From the NCBI GenBank assembly GCA_002269645.1, contig NIVC01001111.1, positions 292,586 to 356,585 on the forward strand: a DNA stretch of 64,000 nucleotides, written 5' to 3'. Shown piece by piece: positions 11,001 to 21,264 of the stretch; position 1 is the first letter of the stretch, and every line of letters starts with the position of its first letter. The notes beneath the pieces were generated by a model that was given only the letters and a program-made list of their open reading frames with translations, was not told where the DNA came from and made no database searches. The position numbers and the translations under genes were made by a program. Source of the stretch: Macrostomum lignano (Eukaryota).

Positions 11001-12021
11001 CTGGTGGCCCGGCATGACCAAACAGGTGGAAGCCGTCGTCTCCCGCTGCCGCCCGTGCCAGGCGGCCCGGCCTGATGGGGCCACCAAGCCGCCGCCGATG
11101 CAGCCGACGCCTCTTCCGTCGGGGCCTTGGCAATCGCTAAGCGTGGATGTCTGCGGGCCATTCCCGACCGGCGAGAACATTGTCGTGCTGGTTGACTACT
11201 TCAGCCGGTACCCGGATGTCTACGTGGTGCGAAGCCTCACCAGCTCCAGCGTCATCACCTGCGCCATGGCCTCGTTCAGCCGCTTTGGTGTGCCGCAGCA
11301 GATCACCACGGACAACGCCACGTATTTCACGAGTGACGAGTTCAGAGAGTTTCTCGATGGCCTCGGAGTTCAGCATCGCCGCGTCACCCCGCTCTACCCG
11401 GCAGCGAATGGCGAAGTAGAGCGCTTCAACCGCAGCCTCAACAAGGCCGTCAACGCCGCCACAGCCGAAGGCAAAGACTGGCGCCGGGCCATCCACGAGT
11501 GGCTTCTCGGCTACCGCAACTCCGTGCACCGCGGCACCGACCGCTCGCCCAACGACCTCTTGTTCAACAGGGCCGTCGGCGACGTCTTGCCTACCATCTC
11601 GACGAAGCAGCGCGGCAGCCGCGAGCGGCAACTCCAGAGCCACGACCGCAGCTACAAGCAGGCGATGCGGCAGACAGCCGACACGCGACGAGCGGCTGGG
11701 CCGCACGGCATTCAGGCGGGAGTCCGCGTGCTGCTCAAGAATCGCGGCAAAGCCAAGTTGAGGTGTCCGTTTGATCCACGCCCCTGGATCGTTAAAGCGG
11801 TAAACGGCAGCGCCCTGACTCTGGAACGTGACGGGGCCGTCTTGCGACGGCACGTGACCGAGACGAAGCGGCTGCGCGAGTGCCCCTGGGAGCCCGAAGT
11901 ACTGGATGCCGGCGAGACAGCCGAGACTCCGCCCACCACGCTTGGAGGCGCGAACGAGGGAGCCATTGCGCAGAGGCCCCATCCCAGGAAGGCTAAGCGG
12001 CAAATTTGTTACAAACTATAA
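8077..12021 (+). CDS. Gag-Pol polyprotein (~1314 aa from the ATG at 8077)
   Basis: Tandem zinc knuckles CIRCGAPGHRTC / CRRCGKRNHLARAC; protease LVDSGA; RT WIHDDIII; RNase H LVVDASPVG; integrase HQGH..CRPC and D(VC)-D(NA)-E(RFN) triad; no stops or frameshifts. Confidence 0.97.
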   Translation: MASQVSLQTPSKLDLRTDPNAAHTKWKKWSAQFQLFAVASGIDDKKRLRQLLLYSAGEDLQTIAAGLTDEAEGKDIDTLVAALDRHFNRNLNLPFTRYQFRLCTQRSGEPTDEWLQRLQEAADCCGFEGLRDSLIRDQLIAGCSSEQLRRKLLAMDNVDLKQALRVARAMEAAEAQASVMEANEASVQRLRRQEASGASNNRRQPQTTQSPGGKQLKCIRCGAPGHRTCNAAEGKTCRRCGKRNHLARACLSALKGDVRVLQADSDSSEVEDGVFCLTVAATGTAAVGAKTTVLVGSTQLPVLVDSGADCNILTERAWRTLPGPPRLQPNRTKVFAYRSSKPLSTLGACSLQVSAGQDSQAVRFIVIPGDGTNILGREASTLLRLLSLGPQVNVVASSETDDPAIRAVVERFPELFKGLGKVKDVSVQINIKSDARPVCHPPSRVPVHLREALDRELDEQEQLGIIQPVEGPTPWVSRIVVVPKEDGKSVRITQDLRDVNKAALRERHQIPTFEEATSDMAGSTVFSKLDIFKAFHQIEISEDSRRFFVFSTPRGMRRLTRLSMGFASASEILQRVMQRVLAGLTGVKWIHDDIIIHSQDLESHQAHVAACLARLREHGITLNASKCHWGISKAKFMAMTLSKYGIQPSEEKIAALQAFKDPQSVKEVRSFLGLANHLEKFIPQLAAKAEPLRRLVRKGQEFVWDSEQQQAFQAVKDGISESSTLAFFDKQLPTELVVDASPVGVGAILQQRHSGGLTRPVAYASRTLSDVERRYSQIEREALGVKFGCLKFAFYLEGCPHFDVYTDHKPLLGIYRADSRPPPRLERIVLQTQHFSFTLHYRKGEDNPADPLSRNPLPSASPGKGEAAETRLLNAVVQAATPKGLTVDKVQAATESDPTLTAVMQALATGNWSCGATAPAHSFRSLKDELSVHAGLLLRGSRIVIPAELQQLTIGLAHQGHLGQKKTCDRLQRKVWWPGMTKQVEAVVSRCRPCQAARPDGATKPPPMQPTPLPSGPWQSLSVDVCGPFPTGENIVVLVDYFSRYPDVYVVRSLTSSSVITCAMASFSRFGVPQQITTDNATYFTSDEFREFLDGLGVQHRRVTPLYPAANGEVERFNRSLNKAVNAATAEGKDWRRAIHEWLLGYRNSVHRGTDRSPNDLLFNRAVGDVLPTISTKQRGSRERQLQSHDRSYKQAMRQTADTRRAAGPHGIQAGVRVLLKNRGKAKLRCPFDPRPWIVKAVNGSALTLERDGAVLRRHVTETKRLRECPWEPEVLDAGETAETPPTTLGGANEGAIAQRPHPRKAKRQICYKL
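8078..8092 (+). promoter_or_regulatory. Primer-binding site (TGGCGTCGCAAG...)
   Basis: TGG-initiated sequence 1 nt after the 5' LTR; cognate tRNA not identified. Confidence 0.6.
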
Positions 12022-12128
12022 GTTGGAGCGCAAGCAAACTTTTTGTTCATTGCTTTATTACCGTTGCTTCATTTTGTTACAATTCGTTCAACTCTAACGT
12101 ATCGAAATGCGGCCTCAACCCTCTGCTT

Positions 12129-12138
12129 GGGGGAGAGG
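12129..12138 (+). promoter_or_regulatory. Polypurine tract GGGGGAGAGG
   Basis: Purine run immediately upstream of the 3' LTR. Confidence 0.85.
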
Positions 12139-12334
12139 TGTAGTGTACGCCCCTCTACGCCTGTAGGCTTGTATGTGACTATAGCTTGAGTTCTCTCGAC
12201 CAACGTGCGCTAGCTCTGCCCCACCCCCCTTAACCATTGCATAACGTGGTAGCCGCACGTCGGCAGTGACTATATATTAACTCAAATATATGGTCCACGA
12301 GACCACTTTATATTTCGCGCACAAGCGCACTACA
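12139..12334 (+). repeat. 3' LTR (196 bp)
   Basis: Matches 7881-8076. Confidence 0.97.
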
Positions 12335-12445
12335 ATGAGTGATTCAGTTCATTAGTGATTCAGTTCATGAGTGATTCAGTTCATGAGTGATTCGGTTCAT
12401 GAGTGATTCAGCTCATTAATGATTCAGTTCCTGAGTGATTCAAGT
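12335..12445. repeat. 16-bp minisatellite, right part
   Basis: Same TTCATGAGTGATTCAG unit resumes after the 3' LTR. Confidence 0.95.
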
Positions 12446-12501
12446 GAAGTTTCTAAATACTCTGCAAACTGAATACCCAGAACGTACTCAACACCCGGAA
12501 G

Positions 12502-14359
12502 ATGTCTGCCGGAAGCGCTCGTCGACCCGGAGGCAGTGGCAACAGCGACGAGCTGACCGAAGATCAGATCGGCGAATTCCGGGAAGCATTCTCGCTATTT
12601 GACAAGGACGGAGACGGCGCCATCACCAACAAGGAGCTGGCTGTTGTGATGCGGGCGCTCGGTCAGCAGCCGACGCCAGATGAGCTCAAGGTTACTGGTG
12701 AAAACATCAATTCTTTTTTGCATAGTCTTCTGCAACAAATCAATCTTCACCTGACACTCAGGAGATGATCAAGGAAGTTGACCAGGACGGCTCCGGCAGC
12801 ATCGAGTTCGACGAGTTCCTGGAGATGATGAAGAAGCAGATGCGCAACGCCGACTCCGAGGACGAGCTGCGGCGGGCGTTTCGCCTGTTCGACGCCGACG
12901 GAGACGGATTTCTGAGCCCCGCTGAGCTGCGCCAAGTCATGCTGAACCTGGGGGAGCGGCTCACCAAGGAGGAGGTGAAACCCCGCTGGCTGCTACACTT
13001 GCTAATCGTTACCGAGAAAAGCGGTTTTCATGTTTTTGGCACCTTGTTGACAATATCTCACCTTCTGGACTTCCGAATTGCAAATTAAGTCAACATGTGT
13101 TTTTTTCAAAAAGTTCTTTCACGTGTTTATAAAGCTATTTTTTAAAAATGCTACTAGAGACCCGAAAGCAAGCAACTTATTGGAGAATTTATAGTTACTG
13201 GCTGCATCTCTCTCTGCGACGTCACCGTGGACTTACCTGTGCTGCCTTCCACTACGTGAGGGCTGTCCTGCAGTCGGAGGCCCTGCCTGACCCACAGAGG
13301 GCGGCGTTGTTCCAGGCGGTGATCGAGACCGGTCCTGCTGTACAACGCCGAGATCTGGACACTGACGGAATCGCTCGAACAGCAGGTCGATGTGGTGCAC
13401 GCTGGCCTTCAAGATCGGCTACGAGCGAGTCACCAATGCGGCACCGGCCTGTTCCGTCCCAGCGAACTGTTGCAACGTGGGCGACTCCAGCTGTCAGTCC
13501 ATATTATCCGAGCCGAGACGTACTGCTCACAGCCGGTGCAGGAGGTGCTGCTGCTGACGGCACCCTACCCGCAGGGGCAGGCGCGCACTCGGCGTTTCGT
13601 CGAATGCCTGCTGGCTGATGCCGGCGCCCCGGACAACTGCCGGCGGTGCGGCCTACGTTCGCGCCCAGGCCTTAAAACGCGCCCTGTGACATTGTCCCAC
13701 GCTTGACTGGCTGAAAATGTATTTTGTTGCTAGTTCTTGGATTTTCCTCGACCGAGTTTGCGGCTAAATCGGAATCTCGGCTTGGCTCTGCTTGTGCAAT
13801 TAACGCCCTTGAGGGCCAACCCCCAAGGCACAGTGAAGTGTACATGCCGAACGATAATATAAAGTTAGGGCCGCTGTGCACTCCTGTGTGAGTGTGTGCC
13901 TGTGCTTATGACTTGTGTGCCTGCTCAGGGGCGTCGGCGGAAGGGCAGTACTCGTAATGCCTCTCGCCGGTCGTGCGACAATGTCACTTAAAAAGTGCAC
14001 ACAGCCCCTGCCTCTAATAAAGAATTACATCAACTTGTGTAATAAAAATTGAACCAAACGCACACATGCTTGATTTGCAATGCGGAACTTCAGAAGGTGA
14101 GGTTTGTGTCAGTTAAGTGCTAAAAGAGCGGAAACTTCCCAACTTTCTAATGAATTTCGCAGAGTAAACGTGTAGCGTCATTCTACTTTGGCTGTCAGTG
14201 AGAAATCTTTTGATCGTTCAATGAATAGCCAATTTGCAGGTGGACGCCATGATTGAAGAGGCGGACACGGACCGAGACGGACAGGTCAGCTACGAGGAGT
14301 TCGCCCGGATCATGGGCTACGGAGACGACGGCGAGGCGGAGGGCGAGAATTTCTCTTAG
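12502..14359 (+). CDS. Calmodulin-like 4-EF-hand protein (~173 aa); exons 12502-12690, 12762-12974, 14240-14359
   Basis: EF loops [48 protein letters not shown]; all introns phase 0 GT-AG; acceptor CCCAG at 12479-12480 upstream of the ATG. Confidence 0.93.
13205..13710 (+). mobile_element. RTE-clade non-LTR retrotransposon, degenerate 3' fragment in calmodulin-like intron
   Basis: Frameshifted translation [35 protein letters not shown] resembles the RTE post-RT motif (LLYG-ETWT). Confidence 0.72.
13750..14022 (+). mobile_element. SINE family A copy (head degraded)
   Basis: GGAATCTCGGCTTGGCTCTGC..GAGGGCCAACCCCCAAGGC..CCCCTGCCTCTAATAAA colinear with 3949-4308. Confidence 0.85.
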
Positions 14360-15093
14360 AATTACAGCTTCTTTAGTTAACTGGAGAGTTCATTTGTTTA
14401 TTATGAATTCTAGTAACTTAATATATTAGTGTTTCGTAATAGGTATTATATATCTAGGATTCCATAGAGATCTAACTTGGATTGAGTAAAGATTCAATCA
14501 AACTGTATATCAGGGGCGTCGCCACCGGGGGGGGGGGCAGGGGGCATGCCCCCTCAGTAAAAGCTATAAGGGGACATGCCAATGATTTTGCTTCCCCTGG
14601 CCCCACCTTGTGACCCATTATGGAAACCAATTCTTTTGCTTCAGGGCGCCTAAATATAGCGCCTTTGGCGCCAGAATGAGTGTCTGGGCGCCAAAATGAG
14701 TGCTAACAACACGGATTCCTAAAATAATGTAGGAGTTTAGTCTTTTAGAATTCTTGGCTTTATCTCCGACCATAAAAACCATGGCGACACCTTTTCTTTA
14801 AGACTCATTGTAATTTAGTTTACCCCTTTGAGTCTTCTCAAAAACAATAGGTTAGCAGTCAAACTGTTAACCGATTTGTAAGACTATATAAAAACTTTAC
14901 AGTTGATATATTACGCTCTTACTACATGTACTTTTATAAACAAATAAACGAAAATAAGTAAACTATGCATAAAAGTACCCCGTAAGCTGCTCATATTATT
15001 TATACGAGCGTAATTTTCGAGTCACTTTATTAAGCCTATAATTTCTACGCAAAACAGAGTAATTATTCTTTTTCACTTTTCCGCAACACCGTT

Positions 15094-15453
15094 TTTTTTA
15101 TTAAAGGCAGGGGGTTGTGTGCACCCTGGCGCACTTTAAGCGACATAGGCACACAACCGGCGAGAGGCATTACTGCCCATTCCGCCGACTCCCCTGAGCA
15201 GGCATACAAGCGCGCGGATACGTACGCAGACACACACTCACACAGGAGTGTACAGCGGCCCTAACTTTATATTATCGTTAGGCATGTACACTTCACTGCG
15301 CCTTGGGGGGTTGGCTCTCAAGGCCGTTAATTGCACGAGCAGAGCCAAGCCGAGATTCCAATTCAGCCCCAAATTAATGTGACTGCACTTGGAATCGAGC
15401 CTGGGTCGCTGGCACACCAGAGCAGCTGCGCTACCGCTGGGCTACGGCCCCCC
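15094..15453 (-). mobile_element. SINE family A full-length copy with 16-bp TSD
   Basis: Near-identical reverse complement of 3949-4308; TSD TTTCCGCAACACCGTT at 15078-15093 and 15454-15469. Confidence 0.92.
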
Positions 15454-15724
15454 TTTCCGCAACACCGTTATAGATCTCGAAATCTCGTTGTACGAGTAGA
15501 AAAAAAAACTTCTGTTCAGAATAAACATGAAACACAAGTACAAGAGAAAAAATTCTGGGAAATCTGAAATTCAGTATTGACTTTGCTCATTATTTTTCAG
15601 TCTCGTTGACTATCGAATGACTGACTCCGGCGCTGGGAACCCCGGGACGCCGGTTTTTTCATCGCTAACTCGACACTGAAAGCTCAAATTTCAGCAACCC
15701 GGTCAATCCGATGTCAAAAACGCA

Positions 15725-15925
15725 GACCATTTTTTTTGTTGTGCAATCGTGCCCGCCCTCCTGCCCCGCCCCAACAACCCTTCCAGTCTGCCCAACCCTC
15801 CAATCAATAATCAATGCGTACGCCGAGCAAGCCACCTCGCACCACCTGCCCCTACCGTACCGTACATTAGTTCTTAAAGTACTTAGTATTCAAGTACTCG
15901 TAGGTCAGATAAAAAATATAGAATA
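15725..15925. repeat. Dispersed repeat, copy 1 (inverted homolog at 24120-24330)
   Basis: Shared blocks TGCAATCGTGCCC, AATCAATGCGTACGC, ACCGTAC..GTTCTTAA in opposite orientation to 24120-24330. Confidence 0.6.
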
Positions 15926-15932
15926 AAGGGCA

Positions 15933-16400
15933 TGTCAACTTAAGCTCATGATGTCGGGTCCCTAATTATCCCCATGCTTGTTCTCCCCTATCCGGCTATC
16001 CCAAGTCCAATATGCTCGTTTTCGTCGTTTTTTGCCAAACCCAGCTTCCGTTAATCCTAGTGTCACCGTGAGCAGAATGACGTAGCATTTGTGTACATAG
16101 GTTACTGGGGCTCCAATTTATGAGATTAAGCTAAGTTGACAGGTCCTTTGCTGTCTAGTGGGCAGCCGCGGTCTTGAGTCCTCTTGGTCCTATCTTTGGC
16201 TACTTCAAAACAAACTTCTTGTCTACCATAACAAGTGTGGACTGCATCGGCTTTGCACGGAAGCTCGCCAGTTCTTTTCTGACATTTTTACTGCTTCTCT
16301 TTAGGGCGCGGGACGGGAGCTCTATCTGGGGACCTGGGGCTCGCAGTTACCCAACAGGGTTCAGCTGTAGGCGTCGCTCCGAAGGACGGGGCTCACAACA
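15933..16400 (-). mobile_element. LTR-like dispersed repeat (solo-LTR candidate)
   Basis: Minus strand starts TGTTGTGAGCCCC; homologous to 22872-23170 (GCTCCGAAGG, GGACGGGAGC, CAAGCATGGGGA blocks). No TSD found. Confidence 0.4.
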
Positions 16401-16520
16401 TTATGGTGATTAAAAGTCACACACATCGGACACAACTTTTTTCTTTTAAAGACTTTCTTACGAGAGTAAATCGTAATATCAATCAGGCTTCAGATATTCG
16501 TAGCGCAGAAGTCCTCAGCA

Positions 16521-17744
16521 TTATTGGCTCAGCCGCTCTGCACTCCCAAGCTGCTTGTCTTCATCGCCTCGCACCAGCCGCCTCCTCGTGACGACAACCC
16601 GGCTTCGCCTGGCCTCCGTCAGGATTCGCTGATTCTCCGCCGTCCTGCACGTTGTTGGATGCTGACTTCTGAAATCAACCGAGGCCGCTTCGTCATCAAC
16701 GTCGACATCGTCGTCACCGTCGTCTTCGTCGTTGTTTCCGCCGACTTCGTCGAGAAGGCCACGGTGGCGGCGGCTGTTCACTGAGCGCAGGTGCGGCTGA
16801 CCGGCGGCGCGCCGACCGTCCAGCAGCTGGTAAATGCTGGTGAGAGCGCGGTCCACTTGCTGCTTGCGCACCGCCTTGTAATCATGTGGAATAGGCAAGA
16901 GTTAGTGCTGTTTCACTTGCTTCCCAGCTACTCAAAGTAGTTTTTGGTAGTAAATAGTTACCGGCATATTTTCAGAAGGGCACATAGGTGCAACGTCTTC
17001 GGTGACACTGTTGCACAGCTGAGGCAATTCTCCCCATTTCAATGACTCCTGAGCACATTCAAGCGCCAAGAATTACGCAGACACGCACTCACACACACGC
17101 TCACACAGGGTGTACAGCGGCCCTGACTTTCTAATCTTCATGCATGTACACTCTCTGTGCCTTGGGGATTGGCCCTCATGGGGGCCACACGTTGCAACGG
17201 TCAAGCAACCCAGTGCTCACCTGTTCCTTCTCCCGTCTCCGACTGTCGCTCCTTCGCCGCTCGAAGTCGAACACCGGCTCACTCGGTCCTCTTAGCTGTC
17301 CGTTGCTCATCTGGGTGATGAAAATCGGCGACTGCTGCGGCGTCTCATCGACCGGCGCCAGAGGACTTTTCCTCGATGCTGCCGACGTGGAGGAAGCCGA
17401 CGCCAGGCCGCCAGACGTTGATGGCATATCGTCGAACAGGTCGCGAGCCAGGCGATGCAACGCTGAGTTCAGGCGGGACGGCAAACCCAACGGGTTGGTG
17501 GCCGGGTTTGCGATGTACGGCTTGGTGGTGAGCGAGCGATTCGGCGCTGAGGGCTGCGTGAGTTTTTAGATTTAAGCCAGGAAAAACTGCTGTGTTTACT
17601 GCGAAATGCTCACTGTGGTTTTGTGCAATTGCGGTTGAGGCACGTGCAGGTACGGCTGCTTCACATGCCGGTTAGTACACAAGTTAGTACTCATTAGCTG
17701 TTATTTTTATTTGACTTTTTCACTTTTTGAAAGTTTATTTCAGC

Positions 17745-17784
<40 letters not shown>

Positions 17785-19464
17785 TAATTAATAATAATAA
17801 TTGATTACATCTGCCCCAATTGGGCCAGATGTGCAACCGACAGCTCAGCCGCATTGCACGCAAGGACGACTAAAGTAACGTATACTTAAGTAGTCTTTGA
17901 TTGCACGGCGCATCTGAAGGCTGCGTACGGCTGTTCAGTCCAAGGACTGCAGGGGGTCGCCACACACCCTCAATTACCCCAGCTAATGCTGGTACCCATT
18001 TTACAGCTGGGTGAACTGAAGCAATGCAGAGTTAAGTGTCTTGCTCAAGGATGCAAATTGTTCCAGTGGAATCGGGAATCGAACCCCCGACCTTCAAGTC
18101 GTGAGTCCGACGCTCTAATCACTGGGCTCAAACCCCCCTTAGTTACGGTGATAACTGTTTAGGCATGGTTTTATTAATCTCATCCCATTCACATTGAGTG
18201 GCTACAGTCAGCCGTTGAAAGCAACTCGAGTCAAGCATTAACCGCATCGAAAACACCGCACAGCATTTGTTTCAGTTTTGCTCACCGCTGATCCACTTTG
18301 CAGCGCCCGGCTCTGCAGCTCGGCCACTTGGGCCCAGTCGGCCGTCAACTTTTCTGTGTCGCCTCGGCTCAGGCGGGGACAGGGGCACAGGGTCGGCCGG
18401 AACTGGACCTTAGATCGAACCGCCTCCTCCCAGGGGTTGCGTTTGCGTTTCTTCACGGCTTGAAACACGCTCAGCGTGACGAATTCCGGCGCCTTAGACT
18501 GGCGCGCCTCCAGCGGGCGCATGAACCTGCAAAGCAGCGCCAAATTTACGATTCATTTACAACATAAAGAGTCTATAAGCTTTCAGAAGTTATGCGGAAA
18601 CTTTCCCTGAATGCAATCTTCCCATCTTCTGATTGAATTAACTAATATTATATTATTTTCAATACTGGGGTAGGGAATCAAAGGTTTTTGCTCTATTTCG
18701 ATTTTCCCTATAGCTGATGCTAGTGATGCTTTTCACATTTCGTAGGTCAATTCGAGGTGCTTCCTTGTGATTTTTGATCGTTAAATTCTACTTGTGTTCA
18801 GGGTTGTACAGCGGTCTTTATTTCCAATCGTCAGGCATGTACACTCTCTGTACCTTGGAGGCTGGCCTTCATGGGTTTGGATCTCACGGCATCCCCTCGG
18901 CCAATTTTTGCGCAAAAGCTCCAAACGAATGCGGCCGCGCACGGAATCGAACCAGGGGTCGTGGCGCGCGAGAGTCATTCGTGTTTACCGCACTCTGCCT
19001 CCCTCGGTAACAATATTGCTTTCCCTCACTAACACACTCACACAGTCCCATGGCGTTGTGTTTGGTTGTAGACTGATAGAAATCTATCTGAAGCATCCTA
19101 TCCATACCTACGAGTGAGCACGGCACCAAAGGCCTTACCTGGGCAAGCTCATGTCAATAAAGTCCGGATACTGCTCGGCACTGGGCAGTCTCTCCAGCAG
19201 CAGAGTCGGCTCCCGGATTGCCTGATCGCGCAGCGCCACAAAGCGCTTCTTCTCCTGGTCCCGGTGAGCCGCCACCTGCCCCTGCTGCTTTGCTAACGCC
19301 AACTGTCGCCTCTCCAATCTGGTGCCCTCGCGCACATTCACCTTTAGTAGGCATTCGCCGAACGCCGTGTCCTTCTGATTGTAGGCTAAGTCGATGCCGC
19401 GGTCCAGAATCAGCCGTCTGCGCCTATTGAAGTCCCGTTCTTGCGCTCTACGCCTGGCTGCCAT
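16521..19464 (-). CDS. Uncharacterised protein (~417 aa); exons 19464-19139, 18526-18286, 17553-17221, 16874-16521
   Basis: Four GC-rich open segments join with consistent phases (AG|GTAAGG to GCAG|G; GCG|GTGAGC to GCAG|CCC; CAG|GTGAGC to ACAAG|GCG); no recognised domain. Confidence 0.68.
17075..17192 (-). mobile_element. SINE family A partial copy
   Basis: Reverse complement CATGAGGGCCAATCCCCAAGGCACAGAGAGTGTACATGC...CTGTACACCCTGTGTGAG. Confidence 0.75.
17745..18130 (-). mobile_element. tRNA-derived SINE with Meta/CORE-type central domain and (TTA)n tail
   Basis: Minus strand: GGGGGTTCGATTCCC B-box, CCTTGAGCAAGACACTTAACTCT...CAGTTCACCCAGCTGTAAAATGGGTACC, ending in the (TAA)n run at 17745-17800; homologous to 51239-51548. 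Confidence 0.8.
18795..19005 (-). mobile_element. SINE family A copy
   Basis: Reverse complement has CCTGGTTCGATTCCGTGCG B-box and core GAAGGCCAGCCTCCAAGG..GTGTACATGCCTGACG. Confidence 0.75.
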
Positions 19465-20532
19465 TATTTTAGTTGTGAGGCAGCAACTGCTAAGTCTAGC
19501 GAGTCTCGGGTACAAATTTTTACTTGAAATTCCTTCGTCTGCGTTCCAGTATGAGCTCAGCACTTGCTTGCTTCCCTCCAGTTTCTCTCCAGCTTCCCCT
19601 GCTTACTTTACCATTTATATAGCCACGTCTGTCAAGTTAGGGTCCCGTCTGCTTTCTTAGCATAACATTAGCCAGTTGACATATAGCAAGTCACTGTGCT
19701 CAAGGCCCCGTCGTCTCCCCCAAAGCAAACTCATCACTCAATAGCAGCTGCGCACACTCTCTCGATCTTACTACACCTACATCTTCAGAAGAGCAAAATG
19801 AAGCTAGATGCTCTACAAGAGCTGACCGTTACACAATGCACTGGGGGGGGGGTCGGATTGTGACTTGGGAATTTTAACTTTATTGTACTTCTTGAGAGGT
19901 GCGGGAAATTGCAGTCATGGCAAAGAGGAAGCCTACCTCTATGCCGGGGTGTGCAGTTCTCCAGACACTGTGGCTAAAGATAAAGTGCGTCAACCAAGGA
20001 GAGAATACCGCAAAGGCATTTATCAAGCTTATTTTTAATTAAAAATTTTCTGTCACAATGTTGCTTGAAAGGATTGTCTAGAATTCTTTTAAATCATACG
20101 TCCAAAAATGACCCCTATATAGCTTTTGCTTAATACCTGAAGTCTGAAATACTGTCTATTGAGCTACAATATATACGATCTATAACTGCTGTCAAACGAT
20201 CAGACTCGTGTCTATACATTTTTCCTGGAAATACAATGTACATGTACGAGTGTCCGTCCTGCCGTAGTGTGTGCTGCAGTGGTACCTGTTCTATATAACA
20301 GCTGACTACATGAGTCCATCGTTGATTTTCTGGAAGCAAACACGTTATCGACTCATACCCTATACAAATGATGAGTGCATGGCCACTGTCATATGTCAGC
20401 CAGATGTATGAATGCACTGGATAAAAAACTATTTTAGTAAGTGAATGAAAAATATAAATTTTGTGGGAATATAGTTAGTTATCTTTGGTAGAATCTAAAG
20501 AGGATGTGAACTTTAAAGTGAAGAGTTCGCTT

Positions 20533-21244
20533 GTGGTCCAGAGTGAGGCCCAGGCAGCGGACCTGCTTCTCCATGGAAATATTCTTCCCATAGAGGGTGA
20601 GGGGCTTAATGGTCCAGAGCATGCCTTCGACCGCGAGATGTTCGCAGTTTGTTGGTAAACATGACCGCTGTGGTTTTCGACTCTGAGAGTCTAAGGCCAC
20701 ATTGGTTTGCCCAACGCTCCGCTCGTCCCAGAAAGCCCTGCAGAAGGTGCGGCCGTCCCCTGCCCCTCTCCTCTCCTGCGTAGAGCCCTCCTCAGGCTCA
20801 ACCGCAGAGACCTCAGAGCAGTCAGCATGGCCCTCTCCGGGCATGGCTGCTTCTCTCGCCACCGCTTCCTTCAGGGCCAAGTACCCGAGGAGCGGTGCCC
20901 CTTCTGCCGCTCAGGCAGTGAAAACGCCGAGCATTTCATCTGCCACTGCCCGGTTTTCACCAGCGCCAGGCTCACTCACCTCGGGCAAAACCCGGTTCTC
21001 TCCGACGTTTGCAGGCCCGAGAGCATCCCGCTGCTCGCCCGGTACCTCAGGGACACGGGACGAGCTGAGTTCTTCCCCACCGCCGGTGAGGAGGACCGCG
21101 CTGCAGGCGAGACCGACGGGTCCCCCTGAGCGACATCACTTCAACGGAAGTCATTGGTCGCCAGGGGCTAGCGGAATGGGCGGTCTCCTCCGCCTCCTCG
21201 CTGCATCCGCCGGACGCCCCCTGCAGCTAAGTCAAGTAAGTCAA
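20533..21244 (+). mobile_element. 5'-truncated, 5'-inverted non-LTR retrotransposon (R1/LOA/I-like) with 13-bp TSD
   Basis: TSD GAAGAGTTCGCTT at 20520-20532 and 21245-21257; ~20700-21129 (+) encodes MALSGHG...[18 protein letters not shown] zinc knuckle; 20533-~20698 (-) encodes RT end [15 protein letters not shown] / LTLYGKNISMEKQVRCLGLTLDH; AAGTC-type tail. Confidence 0.85.
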
Positions 21245-21264
21245 GAAGAGTTCGCTTTAGCACA

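Larger units (their letters stand above)
7881..12334 (+). mobile_element. Full-length Ty3/Gypsy (Mag-like) LTR retrotransposon
   Basis: Two 196-bp LTRs (TGTAGTG...CACTACA) that read identical, 5-bp TSD ATGAG (7876-7880 / 12335-12339), PBS, PPT and one intact gag-pol ORF in PR-RT-RH-IN order. Confidence 0.97.

Noticed and set aside
10084-12003. Long antisense ORFs (349 and 288 aa) in the Gypsy element
   Set aside because: Shadow frames of GC-rich pol coding sequence; no domain signature.
14511-14800. CAGGGGCGTCGCC-ended DNA transposon
   Set aside because: Only a weak candidate right TIR (TGGCGACACC) and no matching TSD.
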